Of a stretch of DNA of 64,000 nt, positions 8,511-17,886 are shown piece by piece. The stretch lies in the NCBI GenBank assembly GCA_023244815.1, contig JAHFLQ010000002.1:6994-70993 (forward strand), read 5' to 3'. Positions within the stretch are counted from its first letter, which is position 1, and each line of letters opens with the position of its first letter. Below the pieces are notes generated by a model that was not told where the DNA came from, ran no database searches, and saw nothing but the letters and a program-made list of their open reading frames with translations. The position numbers were made by a program, and so were the translations under genes. The DNA comes from a bacterium (GTDB lineage: Bacteria; Patescibacteriota; Minisyncoccia; UBA6257; WO2-44-18).

Positions 8511-9678
8511 TGTGAAAACTTTTTTGGCTATAAAGCCTTGCCTTGCTTAATATTTTCACTATCTTATCGCTGGTGCCAGGCTGGTAGTAGACGTTGGATT
8601 TCGGATATCGTCCATGCTGGAGCTGTTTTTTTATGGATTGGATAATTAAACTTTTGTCACACTTAACGTCAATTACACTGGGTCCCCTCAAACGGCCCTT
8701 CTGCCGTGTGCCGATATTCACCACTGGAACGCCGAAATAAGACGCCTCTTTAATACCCGAGGAAGAATTACCTACCAAGGCACTGGTTTTGCGTAAGAGG
8801 CCGATAAAGTCCTCCGGCAGAAGATCGGTTATGAATCGAATTTTGCCGTTTTTGATCTTGCCGTGTTCTCGGTACATCCGAATCGCTTTCGCGATCTCGT
8901 TGGTACCGGCATCGCTATTCGGCCAAAACCAGATCGCAGGAAAATTCAGTTCATCAACGGCCTGTAAAAGTTTCTCGGTTTTTACCCGATTGTCTTTTTC
9001 GGTGGTTACAGGATGATGTAGCACCATTAAAAATGGTTTCTGCAAGTCGATCTCCGAACCAGTGCCAGTTTTATTAACCACGCGGCCATCGTGTTTCAAG
9101 TCAACTCGCGCGGCGAATTCTACCTCCGGCGACCCGACATTAAAAACCGATCTGGGATTTTCGCCCATCTGAATAACTCGGCGGCGAGCGTCTTCATTGG
9201 TCACAAAATGAATGTGCGCCAGCTTGGTAATGGCGTGGCGAATGCTTTCATCAATCGTGCCGCTCACGTCGCCCCCTTCGATGTGGGCGATGGTTTTATT
9301 GAGATAGGCCGCCACCATCGCTATAGCTAGTTGCTCAAACCGATCACCGCGAATCACTACAATGTCGGGATCCAGTTTGTATAACGAATTGGCAAATTCT
9401 AGCGCTGTCAGACCGGCGGTTTTCGCCATTGCGATGTGACTGCCGCCATCCACCACATTAAAAAGTGTGTCACCAATGGTCAGGCCTGAGGTTTTAATGG
9501 CGGGCAAAAAACGCTCGCCGTATTTATCTAATAAAATGGAACCGCCGACCACCAACTGAAGATCGATCGCCGAATTTTTTTGCAATTTTTCCAGCAAAAT
9601 TTTTTGGCGCGCATAGTGAATGCGGCTGGTAATTGGGAAGCAAATAACACGTTTTTTCTTAGGTTTTGCCGTAGCCAT
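8503..9678 (-). CDS. UDP-N-acetylglucosamine 2-epimerase, hydrolysing NeuC type, copy 1
   Basis: 391 aa. It has the Epimerase_2 family motifs HIEGGDVSGTIDESIRHAITKL and GNSSSGIKEASYFGVPVVNIG. Confidence 0.7.
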   Translation of the reverse strand: MATAKPKKKRVICFPITSRIHYARQKILLEKLQKNSAIDLQLVVGGSILLDKYGERFLPAIKTSGLTIGDTLFNVVDGGSHIAMAKTAGLTALEFANSLYKLDPDIVVIRGDRFEQLAIAMVAAYLNKTIAHIEGGDVSGTIDESIRHAITKLAHIHFVTNEDARRRVIQMGENPRSVFNVGSPEVEFAARVDLKHDGRVVNKTGTGSEIDLQKPFLMVLHHPVTTEKDNRVKTEKLLQAVDELNFPAIWFWPNSDAGTNEIAKAIRMYREHGKIKNGKIRFITDLLPEDFIGLLRKTSALVGNSSSGIKEASYFGVPVVNIGTRQKGRLRGPSVIDVKCDKSLIIQSIKKQLQHGRYPKSNVYYQPGTSDKIVKILSKARLYSQKSFHNV

Positions 9679-9728
9679 ATAAACTGTATAAAAGTATAAC
9701 TTATTTTAAAGCTGTTTTGTAACCAATA

Positions 9729-9754
9729 AAAAGGGCCCATTTAATGGGCCCTTT
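9729..9754. terminator. Hairpin aaagggccca-tttaa-tgggcccttt at the 3' end of the minus-strand gene 9741..10730
   Basis: 10-bp stem with the stop codon in the loop. On the minus strand a T-rich tract follows (ttttattgg). Confidence 0.6.
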
Positions 9755-10730
9755 GGGGTTTGTTTTCCGCGGCGCTTCGGCGGCAGGCTTCAAGAACCCG
9801 CACCACTGCGAGGCCTTCCGCGTAACCGGTCTCGACCTTCCCGCCGCTTTGAACCGCGTAGAGAAATTCCTTCAGCTCTTCTTCAATCGGATCGGCTTTG
9901 GCCACTGCCAGCTCCTGCCGGTTGGTTTCAGTTTTTTGATAGACTTCTCTGCCAGGCCTTAACCAAATCCTGTTTCTATCTATGTAGATTGCTCCGTCGG
10001 TTCCGGAAATAAAGCAATACCTTTCGATCGGCACATTGTAGTTGCACTGCAGAAACACCGTTGCTCCGTTTTCCATGTTCAAGACCACCGAACTGGTGTC
10101 GGGTGACTCCGTCTCCCCGCTAATGTTCTGCAGTTGCGCGTAAACCGACTCTACTCTCCCGAAAAGGTAGTGGATGGTATCAATACAGTGACTGCCTACC
10201 ATCACCAGCGGGCCAAGATCGGTTCTGGCGGCACTGGCGCGCCATTCGTCTTTGCGCGTCGTGAAAACTTTGCTGCTGGAATAATTGAAGTTGACGTTAA
10301 CGATCTTTCCGATCAGTCCGTCATTCAACAATTCTTTCGCCTTGCGATAAACGCTTCCGCGCCTATGGCAATGGCCGACCATGAAAACTTTGCCGGCCCC
10401 TGCGTTGAACTTTCCGAGATGGACGGCTTGATCCAAACTGTTGACCATCGGCTTTTCCACAAAGATGTGGCGTGAGCCATCTTCCAGTAGGCGCCGCAGA
10501 AGGCCGAAGTGCCGGTCGTTCGGAGAAGCAATCACGAAGGCGCCGACCGAATCACAGTTAAGCACTTCGGACAGGCTCGCTATCCCGAGAGGTCCGTAAG
10601 TTTTAGCCTTTTCCGGTTCCGGATGGTAAAGATACTTTACCTCACAGCCTCCGATTTTTAGCAGGCGAGGGTGCAATTCTTTTTGCGCGAACTCGCCGTA
10701 CCCAGCAATGCAGATGCCGATCTTACGCAT
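9741..10730 (-). CDS. Gfo/Idh/MocA-family NAD(P)-dependent oxidoreductase
   Basis: 329 aa. N-terminal Rossmann MRKIGICIAGYGEFAQ, the EKP motif (HIFVEKPM), and a C-terminal alpha/beta domain. Its G+C is visibly higher than in the flanks. Confidence 0.65.
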   Translation of the reverse strand: MRKIGICIAGYGEFAQKELHPRLLKIGGCEVKYLYHPEPEKAKTYGPLGIASLSEVLNCDSVGAFVIASPNDRHFGLLRRLLEDGSRHIFVEKPMVNSLDQAVHLGKFNAGAGKVFMVGHCHRRGSVYRKAKELLNDGLIGKIVNVNFNYSSSKVFTTRKDEWRASAARTDLGPLVMVGSHCIDTIHYLFGRVESVYAQLQNISGETESPDTSSVVLNMENGATVFLQCNYNVPIERYCFISGTDGAIYIDRNRIWLRPGREVYQKTETNRQELAVAKADPIEEELKEFLYAVQSGGKVETGYAEGLAVVRVLEACRRSAAENKPQRAH

Positions 10731-12057
10731 CGCTACTCCCCTTACCTAGACAGTTATTGCAAGGACGGAAACAGTTCTTCTTGCCGGTTATGAACGCGAG
10801 GCGGAGCTTCCGCATCGTAAGTTCGTGTTTGGTATTGCCAAGCCAGATTTCGTGAAGCGATTCGGTATTGGCATTGCCAAGACAGAGCCAGCTAAGGTAG
10901 TCGTTTTCGCACGGATTCACTCTGCCATCCGCCCAGACATACATTCTGGTAAAAGGCGCGATGCAGACCCGGTCCGGAGCCACATTGCGCGGCGTGCCGT
11001 CCGGATTGTTGAGATAGGTACTGCCCGCCTGCTCGGCATTGGCCGTCTGCACGGAAAATTCGTCCACAAGCGGCGCCCACATTACGCGCGCGGCTTCCGG
11101 ATCCTGATCCTTAGGGCGGGAAATCACCATGTTGATGCGCGTTCGCACCGGCGAATTGGGGAATTCTTCTTTGCGAATCCGGGCAAACATTTCCACGTTG
11201 GCCTTGACCTTGTCAAAATCGGCGCCGATGCGGATCTCTTCAAACACTTTCTTATCGCCAGCATCCACCGAAAAAACAATGATCAGACAGGCATTCATGG
11301 ATAGCCATTCTCGGGCCATCTTCTCGGTCAAATAAGTCGCGTTCGTGTTGAATTTGAGATGAAGCACGCCTTTTTCGTGGCAATACCGAAGCATATCCGT
11401 AAAACGCGGATTGATCGTCGGTTCGCCTCGTCCGGCAAATACCATTCCCCGACATCCGTGTTCATAGGCTTCATCCACGACCTTAGTGAAGAGCTCCCAA
11501 GGCATCGTCTTAACCTTCTGCTCTTTGATGAGTTCCTTAAGGCGTTCGTCGGACTGGTAGCACATCGTGCATACCAGATTACAATTCGTCGCCGCTTCCA
11601 AGTGCAACAAGGGTATAAAACCAGAAGTATCCAGTTTATACGCGAACTTCTTAATCTTGTAACGATAGAGAAGATATTCAATGCCCTTCTCTTCCCTCCC
11701 GCTGTCGAAAAACCGCATAACTTGATTCAATTCGCTGATCGCAAGCTCAAAGCCGTTCGTATCAAAACCGTCTTCGTCTGTGGATGGGTTTTCCAGGTCG
11801 TAGGTTTTCAGGTGCGCCAGAATGTTGTAAAGGCTGTATTCTTCCGGCTGGACATTAGTCGCAAGCCTCTTTTCAATCGCCGCAATCAGCTCGTCCAACT
11901 TTTCCTTGTCGGTGCTCTGGATCAGCGGCTTGATGCGAAGCTTTGGCCGGCCTCTTTCGTTAATCAACTCCACCGCTTCTTTAGCCCGCTGCTCAAACCC
12001 GGCCATTGCCTCTTCGCGGCGCCGCCGAATGTCATCGGATCTTTCCGACATCGCCAA
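10723..12057 (-). CDS. Radical SAM enzyme with a SPASM/twitch-like C-terminal Cys cluster and a ~150-aa charged N-terminal extension
   Basis: 444 aa. CNLVCTMC is a CX3CX2C radical-SAM motif. The C-terminus has CIAPF...C...CLGNA...CFRPCNNC cysteine clusters. The region is G+C-rich. Confidence 0.65.
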   Translation of the reverse strand: MAMSERSDDIRRRREEAMAGFEQRAKEAVELINERGRPKLRIKPLIQSTDKEKLDELIAAIEKRLATNVQPEEYSLYNILAHLKTYDLENPSTDEDGFDTNGFELAISELNQVMRFFDSGREEKGIEYLLYRYKIKKFAYKLDTSGFIPLLHLEAATNCNLVCTMCYQSDERLKELIKEQKVKTMPWELFTKVVDEAYEHGCRGMVFAGRGEPTINPRFTDMLRYCHEKGVLHLKFNTNATYLTEKMAREWLSMNACLIIVFSVDAGDKKVFEEIRIGADFDKVKANVEMFARIRKEEFPNSPVRTRINMVISRPKDQDPEAARVMWAPLVDEFSVQTANAEQAGSTYLNNPDGTPRNVAPDRVCIAPFTRMYVWADGRVNPCENDYLSWLCLGNANTESLHEIWLGNTKHELTMRKLRLAFITGKKNCFRPCNNCLGKGSSDA

Positions 12058-12147
12058 CCTCCTGAATAAATTTCAAAGGACACAGATAAAACCCGCTTTA
12101 AAGCCGTAAAGTTACGGCCAAAGCGCCAGTTAGAGAGTATAAATAAA

Positions 12148-12174
12148 ATACCCCGAAGTCAATCTTCGGGGTAT
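12148..12174. terminator. Rho-independent terminator for the minus-strand gene 12182..13249
   Basis: ataccccgaag-tcaat-cttcggggtat is an 11-bp stem. On the minus strand it is followed by tttatttat. Confidence 0.65.
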
Positions 12175-12181
12175 TGAATTG

Positions 12182-13249
12182 TTAGCTAAGCAGTTTCGTC
12201 AGGACTTCTGTCATGATCCTGACCGCGGCACCGCGTTCCTTCGGCGCCGGGAAACAGGCTTTCTGGCGGGCGCGCATTGCGTTAAAACCTCCTGGTGCCA
12301 TCAAGTCCTGAATCGCCCGCGAGAGCTCAATGGAATCGCCCATCACCGGGCGGGAAATTCCGAACTCGCACGGAGGCCAGACGTCACTGCCGGTTTGCTC
12401 TTTCATCCTCTTCAGACCGGCTGGCGAGAAAAAATCGATGACCGGTTTGCGCAGGCAAGCCGCTTCGATACCCGCAGTGGAAACTGCGGCGACCATGAGG
12501 TCGCAAACCGCGATCATATCAAGGGACTTAAGGCCCATGGCCTTTAGATCCTGTGCGGGCATGAGCCGGGCGACAACACGCTCGCCTTCGTCTCCACTAA
12601 GGATATCCTGGTAGGCGGTCGGCGAGTTCTGGTCACCCGGATGGAGCATGAAGAAAATCTTCCACCGCCGCCAGTCCTCAAGCCGAGAGACTGCCTGCAT
12701 GACCGCGCTGAAATGCGCCCTATTAACCTCCAGGTCCTTGCCGGCCGTACAGTAGAGCAGCAAATCTTCAGCGCTCATGCTGAGCAATCTCCGCGTCTCC
12801 GCTGGCGATCCGGAAAAGAAGAATGGTTCTTCCAAAACCGGATTGCCGGACGCGACCACTTCCGCGTTGGGGAAAAGTCGCCGCGTCGCCTTCGCTTCCT
12901 CCTCGGACATCACGAAAACGAACCTGGCTTTCTCGCGGAGCGGCTCGAACCAGGCGCGGCTGGAAGTTCCGAAAGTGTCCGCGTAAAAACCGTAGGGTAC
13001 GCCCGCCACGATCGCTTCCTTGGCCGAAGCAATTTCTTCCTTAGCGAGATCGGACGAGCAAGACATGCCCAAAAATAAGCATTGACTGTTGCGGACGTCT
13101 ACCGAAACTTGTTCGGCAGAGCTGGCGAGCGGCTTTCCGTGGCCCAGATAAGCCGAAACGGTAACGCCCTTGGCCGACAGATCGGCCTTAACCAAATCCA
13201 GAGTCCGAGACGGAGCCAGATCGCGCGCGACCAGAGTCGCCTTTGCCAA
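12182..13249 (-). CDS. Hypothetical GT-B-like protein, possibly a divergent G+C-rich member of the TagF-like family found in this locus
   Basis: 355 aa. The C-terminal KSLDMIAVCDLMVAAVSTAGIEAACLRKPVIDFF resembles the LADLLYHSDVVVAVASTLAIDAATLGKPVVFIGFDG motif of the 450-aa paralogs. Codon usage is G+C-rich. Confidence 0.3.
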   Translation of the reverse strand: MAKATLVARDLAPSRTLDLVKADLSAKGVTVSAYLGHGKPLASSAEQVSVDVRNSQCLFLGMSCSSDLAKEEIASAKEAIVAGVPYGFYADTFGTSSRAWFEPLREKARFVFVMSEEEAKATRRLFPNAEVVASGNPVLEEPFFFSGSPAETRRLLSMSAEDLLLYCTAGKDLEVNRAHFSAVMQAVSRLEDWRRWKIFFMLHPGDQNSPTAYQDILSGDEGERVVARLMPAQDLKAMGLKSLDMIAVCDLMVAAVSTAGIEAACLRKPVIDFFSPAGLKRMKEQTGSDVWPPCEFGISRPVMGDSIELSRAIQDLMAPGGFNAMRARQKACFPAPKERGAAVRIMTEVLTKLLS

Positions 13250-13327
13250 GTACCACCTCCAAAAAAAGAAAAAGAAGCTGAAAACGAACTGCTGCTATCC
13301 TAACACGCTCACGATAAAAGTCAAATT

Positions 13328-14038
13328 TTAACTTTTCACCATAAAATATTTTCCGTACTGCGCATCGCGTTCAATTTTATAAGGCTTGCCGGCAAAATAT
13401 TCGTCAATCGCTTTTTTCGCACCGGGACAAACAATGGCTTCATTTCTATTATCATACTCATCAAAAAGCACCACTCCGCCCTTCGCGACTTTCGAGAAAA
13501 GTTTTTCCAGGCAAGTTTTGTAGCCAGAGTAAAGATTAATGTCCAGATGAAGGAACGCGATCGGACCCATCTGACCAGCGGTTTTGGGCAGGGTATCTTC
13601 AACAAAGCCCTTTACTAATTTCACACGCTTCAAAATGTCCTCATCTATTCCTGCCCGGCGCAACACGTCAAAAACCAGATTGTCGCCAAGAAAATTCCAC
13701 TCGCCCGCCTTGCGCTCTCGCGGACTCTGATCTTCGGGTTTCGGATCGGGATAGCCCTCAAACGAATCAAAGCCCCAGAGGTTTTCTGGTCGTTTATAAT
13801 GATGCATCAGCATCGCCAGCATTTGAAAGGATTTAGCTTTCCCTACGCCGCATTCAACAATATCGCCGGATACTCTGGCAACTTTTTCCAGCATACGCTG
13901 AAAATAAAAAAGTCGGCCGGCCAGTCCCTGGGTCAGATGGAGGTCAAACTGCCGCGCGTACGCATTAGAACGCGCGCGCAATGCGTTAATTCCTAACTTT
14001 AAAAATAATTTGTTAATAAATTCCATATATGCCCTCAT
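13328..14038 (-). CDS. TylF/MycF-type (macrocin-O-methyltransferase family) SAM-dependent sugar O-methyltransferase
   Basis: Motifs GDIVECGVGKAKS, FLHLDINLY and GGVVLFDEY. The start was moved to MRAYMEF to avoid overlapping the neighbouring gene. Confidence 0.6.
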   Translation of the reverse strand: MRAYMEFINKLFLKLGINALRARSNAYARQFDLHLTQGLAGRLFYFQRMLEKVARVSGDIVECGVGKAKSFQMLAMLMHHYKRPENLWGFDSFEGYPDPKPEDQSPRERKAGEWNFLGDNLVFDVLRRAGIDEDILKRVKLVKGFVEDTLPKTAGQMGPIAFLHLDINLYSGYKTCLEKLFSKVAKGGVVLFDEYDNRNEAIVCPGAKKAIDEYFAGKPYKIERDAQYGKYFMVKS

Positions 14039-14054
14039 TTTATCGCATCCGTTG

Positions 14055-15407
14055 CTATTGCCACAATAAGATATGCTCGGCAATCCTCTGCCCAGCCTTC
14101 CCATTCAATAGTCCGCATTGCTCGCGGACTAATCGCTTCCGGCCTTCGCGGTCATGTTCGGGATGCGTGAGATATTCATTTATTGCAGCGGCCAGCTCTT
14201 CTTTGCTTTTCGGCATACGGATGCCGCCGCTTTTCAAGGCTTTTTGATAATGTTCCGTCTTATAAAAAAATGTCGGCGATTTAGACATCAGCTCTTTTTC
14301 CTTTACCTCAAAATTAATATTAATTGCCGGCTTGTCGAAGATCGCCGCCTCCACGCTCATACTAGAGGCATAGCAGATGAATAGATGGGCGTTGGCTAAA
14401 GTATCGGTCAAGCTTTTGATATCATCGAAGCTCATGTCCCAATTCACGCCCCGTACGCGCGAAAACCGGATGCCGGGCATGGCATAGCGCAGCCAGGGAC
14501 GCTTTGCCAATTCTCGCTCGTCAACAAAATCATTAGGCTGGAAACGCACAAAAAGCTGTGCGTCTCGGCCCTGTCTCTCAGTAATTATTTTGTTCAGCAT
14601 ATCAACAATGTCCCAATCGGAATTACTGAATGCTTTTCCCATTGGGGCGTACACAATGATTTTCTTCGTTGGATCTAATTTATTTTTTTCGCAGAAAGTT
14701 TCCCGGGAAACCGCTTTGTAATTAACGTGCCAATCATATTGGGGAACGCCTGAGACAAAAATATCTTTCTCTTTCATGTCCGCATAGGTCATCGCCTCTT
14801 GTTTCACAATATCATTAAACACCACCAGCGAATCCGGCAGGAGGCGCAGACTATGCCGCGTAGTTAGCTTGTCCCAAGAATTTATGAAGCCGATGGCGGG
14901 AATGCTTCTGCGCCTGGCCTCTCGCAAAAGACTAATTTCGTGATCATCAAAAAGGTGGGCTAAAAAAACCGCGGCTGGATTATATTTTTCGAAAAACTCC
15001 GTAAAAACATTACTGCGTATCAAGCGATAATCTAGCGCCCGCACTAATTTTCTTACCCAACGTCTTGCCAAAATGTGGTTAGCGATCAGCGAAAACCAGT
15101 AGTGGAGATAGCGGCGATTTTCTTCGAGGGCCATTTTCCGGCGTAAGTCAGTAGTCGCGGTGCGTAAAAGCAAGAAGCCCAAAGAGGAAAAAAGTGCATC
15201 CACCCCCCTGGGGGTAGTTAGAGGCGATACTTCATAAATTACCCGAGGATGAGAAAATTCTTTCTGGTAATATTCGGCTCTTTCCGCAGTGTCCACAAAA
15301 AAAACAATTCTCGTATCGCCGTGAGCGATGAGGGTTTTATAAATATCGGTGCGCAAAATGTTTTTTGCTTCCGCCCCCTGAAAAATTGTTATAAAAATAG
15401 TTTTCAT
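14055..15407 (-). CDS. TagF-like (CDP-glycerol glycerophosphotransferase-like, PF04464-like) GT-B transferase, paralog 1
   Basis: Start MKTIFITIF matches paralog 2. Shared motifs are GFINSWDKLT, IIVYAP and HLFICYASSMSVEAAIFDKPAININF. Family assignment is by motif only. Confidence 0.5.
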   Translation of the reverse strand: MKTIFITIFQGAEAKNILRTDIYKTLIAHGDTRIVFFVDTAERAEYYQKEFSHPRVIYEVSPLTTPRGVDALFSSLGFLLLRTATTDLRRKMALEENRRYLHYWFSLIANHILARRWVRKLVRALDYRLIRSNVFTEFFEKYNPAAVFLAHLFDDHEISLLREARRRSIPAIGFINSWDKLTTRHSLRLLPDSLVVFNDIVKQEAMTYADMKEKDIFVSGVPQYDWHVNYKAVSRETFCEKNKLDPTKKIIVYAPMGKAFSNSDWDIVDMLNKIITERQGRDAQLFVRFQPNDFVDERELAKRPWLRYAMPGIRFSRVRGVNWDMSFDDIKSLTDTLANAHLFICYASSMSVEAAIFDKPAININFEVKEKELMSKSPTFFYKTEHYQKALKSGGIRMPKSKEELAAAINEYLTHPEHDREGRKRLVREQCGLLNGKAGQRIAEHILLWQ

Positions 15408-15512
15408 CCCATTAGAAGGGCCTCCAACTTCGCTACCTTTATTATTTTTATTAGTTTCCATAAATTATGCGATCTCATTAATACGACCATACCCCTCATC
15501 CTCTAACGGGAT

Positions 15513-16868
15513 TCATTTTATGAATTGGATAAGAAAATCAGCGATTCGTTCTCCTGATCTGCCGTCCAACTTCCACGCTTGCAGTTTTAAAAACTGGGCG
15601 CGGTTTCCCCGATCTAAAGAAGTATTTTTCAAATAATTATTTATATGATAAACCAATTCTTCTTTGTTTCTCGTAAACGGCGCCCAGCGGGTAAAAAGCA
15701 TTTTCTTGGTATGATCCCAGTCTAAAAATCGGACCGCGCTTTTCAAATACGCATTATCTTTCTCTCCGTCGAAGGCAATGCCGATGATCGGTTTATCGAA
15801 AGCGCAGGCGTCGATATTCAGGCTGGAGGTATAAGCAATCACCAGATCGCTATAATATAGCGTATCAGCAAGATGGACCATCGCCTCACGGTCTAATTCC
15901 TGATCTCGATATGCCCTATCTTGAAACCTATGGGAAGGATGCTCAATCCGAAAATGATCATCAGGCACAAAATCTCCCATAGGTATCGTGTCGTTGGGCG
16001 GAATACGAACCAGAAATTGAAGATCTCTTGATATCTCGCCTTTTAGGCGGACGTCTTTCAAAATTTTCATAATTTTCCAATCGGTATCAATAAATCGGCC
16101 GCCCCAAGGAGAAAACAGGATCAGCGGTTTTTTCGGGTCAAAATTAATGTGCCGGAAAAAATCTTCCCGGCTGGATCGGGGCTCGTTCAGATAGTAATCC
16201 AGCTGCGGCATGCCGGCGACAAAGATATTTTCTTTTTTCATGCCGCCATATTGTATCGCTTCATCACGGATAATTTCATTATTTACTATCAGCTTGTCCG
16301 GCTTTATCCGAAACAAACCCTTATTGGTAATGTTGTCCCAGGAGCGGACCATGCCAACGGCGCAGATACCGCGATGCTTCGCTTCAGCCAAAAAATGAAG
16401 GTCGTCTACATGGTATACATCCGGCCCAAACACCAGGTCGGGCTGATAGCGATTAAAGTATTCAGCAAATTTACTTTTGGAAATCGTCAGCTGATCCAAA
16501 AATCGGATTAAATTCTTCACCGGCAACAACCATCCTATCCAAGAAAGGGCGTGAGAAAAAAGGTAGGCAAAGAGATTCTTATTGCGTAAAAAAATCTCTT
16601 TGCGATGAATCGCCAGGGTTTGAGTTCGAATCAGCGACCTTCCCAAATAACCAAAGACAACGTCTTGTTTAGAAAATCTTTCATTTTTAATTGGCTGAAT
16701 GATAACGTTTTCTTTTTTAAAATGCTTTTCAAAGTATTCTTTTTTGTAATCCGGGCAAAAAATCACTATTCGGAGATTTGGATTTCCGGCTAATTTCTTG
16801 AATACGTCGGTAAAAAGGATATTGCGCGTTATGAAAGGATTGAGACTGGTGATGAAGATAGTTTTCAT
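15513..16868 (-). CDS. TagF-like GT-B transferase, paralog 2
   Basis: 451 aa. MKTIFITSLNPF...GMVRSWDNITNKG...LILFSPWG...LVIAYTSSLNIDACAFDKPIIGIAFDG...LDGRSGERIADFL. Confidence 0.5.
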   Translation of the reverse strand: MKTIFITSLNPFITRNILFTDVFKKLAGNPNLRIVIFCPDYKKEYFEKHFKKENVIIQPIKNERFSKQDVVFGYLGRSLIRTQTLAIHRKEIFLRNKNLFAYLFSHALSWIGWLLPVKNLIRFLDQLTISKSKFAEYFNRYQPDLVFGPDVYHVDDLHFLAEAKHRGICAVGMVRSWDNITNKGLFRIKPDKLIVNNEIIRDEAIQYGGMKKENIFVAGMPQLDYYLNEPRSSREDFFRHINFDPKKPLILFSPWGGRFIDTDWKIMKILKDVRLKGEISRDLQFLVRIPPNDTIPMGDFVPDDHFRIEHPSHRFQDRAYRDQELDREAMVHLADTLYYSDLVIAYTSSLNIDACAFDKPIIGIAFDGEKDNAYLKSAVRFLDWDHTKKMLFTRWAPFTRNKEELVYHINNYLKNTSLDRGNRAQFLKLQAWKLDGRSGERIADFLIQFIK

Positions 16869-16915
16869 TTTACTTAATAATACAACTTATATGAGCTTAT
16901 CGGAGTTTCTGAAAG

Positions 16916-16946
16916 AAAAAATCCCTCCGATGTTCATCGGAGGGAT
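16916..16946. terminator. Rho-independent terminator for the minus-strand transaldolase gene
   Basis: atccctccgat-gttc-atcggagggat is an 11-13-bp stem. On the minus strand it is followed by TTTTTCTTTC. The core is near-identical to the hairpin at 691-728. Confidence 0.7.
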
Positions 16947-16953
16947 TTATGGA

Positions 16954-17787
16954 TTATTTGGGCTTCTTGAGCCAGTCTGCGTACTCTGTGAGGAACTGGT
17001 TGAGGACCTCATCGGTCTTGAAATGCTGAACCATCTTCGGAAAATCGTCGAAAAACTTGTAAGGCACGGTGACGATGTGCGCGCCGGCCAGCATGGCGTC
17101 GCGCACATCCCAGATCGTCCGGATCGAACCGGCAATGATCTCGCAGTTGAACTTCTCGCGGTCAAAGATCTCGCGGGTGCGCCGGACGACTGAAGCGGGA
17201 TTGCAGTCGTCGTTGGTCAAGATTCCATCGCGCAGAAGCTGTAAAGATTTTAAGCGGTGCTTTTCTAGAAAGTCCCACTGCGTCGGGTTTGACTCACACT
17301 TGCCTTGTTTAAGCTCGATTGCTTCTGGCGAAGCATCCCGAATCCTGCCCCAAAACAAGCTGGCGTAACGAGCGCCGGACTTGGCCGCCCACACTGCCTG
17401 GGAAACGGTCATGCAGGCAGTGCAGTTTACGCTGACATCGCGCCGAGCCAGATCTCGAATTACTGCGAGCTCAGGCCAGCCGATCTGAACCTTCACGCTC
17501 AAGGCGGGGTAGCGGAAAGTTGCCTTGAAATGGGCGGCCTGATTCATGATCTCAACGGGGTCTTTGGAAAAAACCTCCACGCTAAGATGCTTGTAGTGAT
17601 GCTGATCAAAAACATCTGTAACTTTGTTTTGATTGAGAATCTCGATGATCTTTCCAATGTGTTCCTCAAACCTCCCCTTCGGCTCCTTCGCGAGCAGGGA
17701 CGGGTTAGTAGTCACTCCATCGACAAACCCGAGATCCATTGCCGCCTTGATCTCATCCAGATTCGCCGTGTCCACGAAAATTTTCAT
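16954..17787 (-). CDS. Transaldolase / fructose-6-phosphate-aldolase-family protein
   Basis: 277 aa. The N-terminus MKIFVDTANLDEIKAAMDLGFVDGVTTNPSL is diagnostic of the transaldolase/FSA family. G+C is higher than in the flanks. Confidence 0.7.
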   Translation of the reverse strand: MKIFVDTANLDEIKAAMDLGFVDGVTTNPSLLAKEPKGRFEEHIGKIIEILNQNKVTDVFDQHHYKHLSVEVFSKDPVEIMNQAAHFKATFRYPALSVKVQIGWPELAVIRDLARRDVSVNCTACMTVSQAVWAAKSGARYASLFWGRIRDASPEAIELKQGKCESNPTQWDFLEKHRLKSLQLLRDGILTNDDCNPASVVRRTREIFDREKFNCEIIAGSIRTIWDVRDAMLAGAHIVTVPYKFFDDFPKMVQHFKTDEVLNQFLTEYADWLKKPK

Positions 17788-17860
17788 GCCAACCTCCTTA
17801 AAAAGAACATCCGACTAACACCAACAATGTAAAAGAATGAGGAACAAACGTCAACCTTAT

Positions 17861-17886
17861 AAAAAGAGCGCTGGTTAAGCGCTCTT
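17861..17886. terminator. Hairpin terminator with the gmhA stop codon in the loop
   Basis: aagagcgc-tggttaa-gcgctctt has A-runs before it and T-runs after it, read on the minus strand. Confidence 0.5.

Noticed and set aside
9528-9740. 70-aa minus-strand ORF between the NeuC-like and Gfo/Idh/MocA genes
   Set aside because: It overlaps the 5' end of 8503..9678 in another frame and spans the terminator hairpin. Its translation is Trp/Phe-rich and has no motifs.
15493-15506. 14-mer ctaacgggattcat shared with 63366-63379
   Set aside because: Exact 14-mer coincidences are expected several times by chance in 2 x 64 kb, and the flanking sequence shows no extended similarity.
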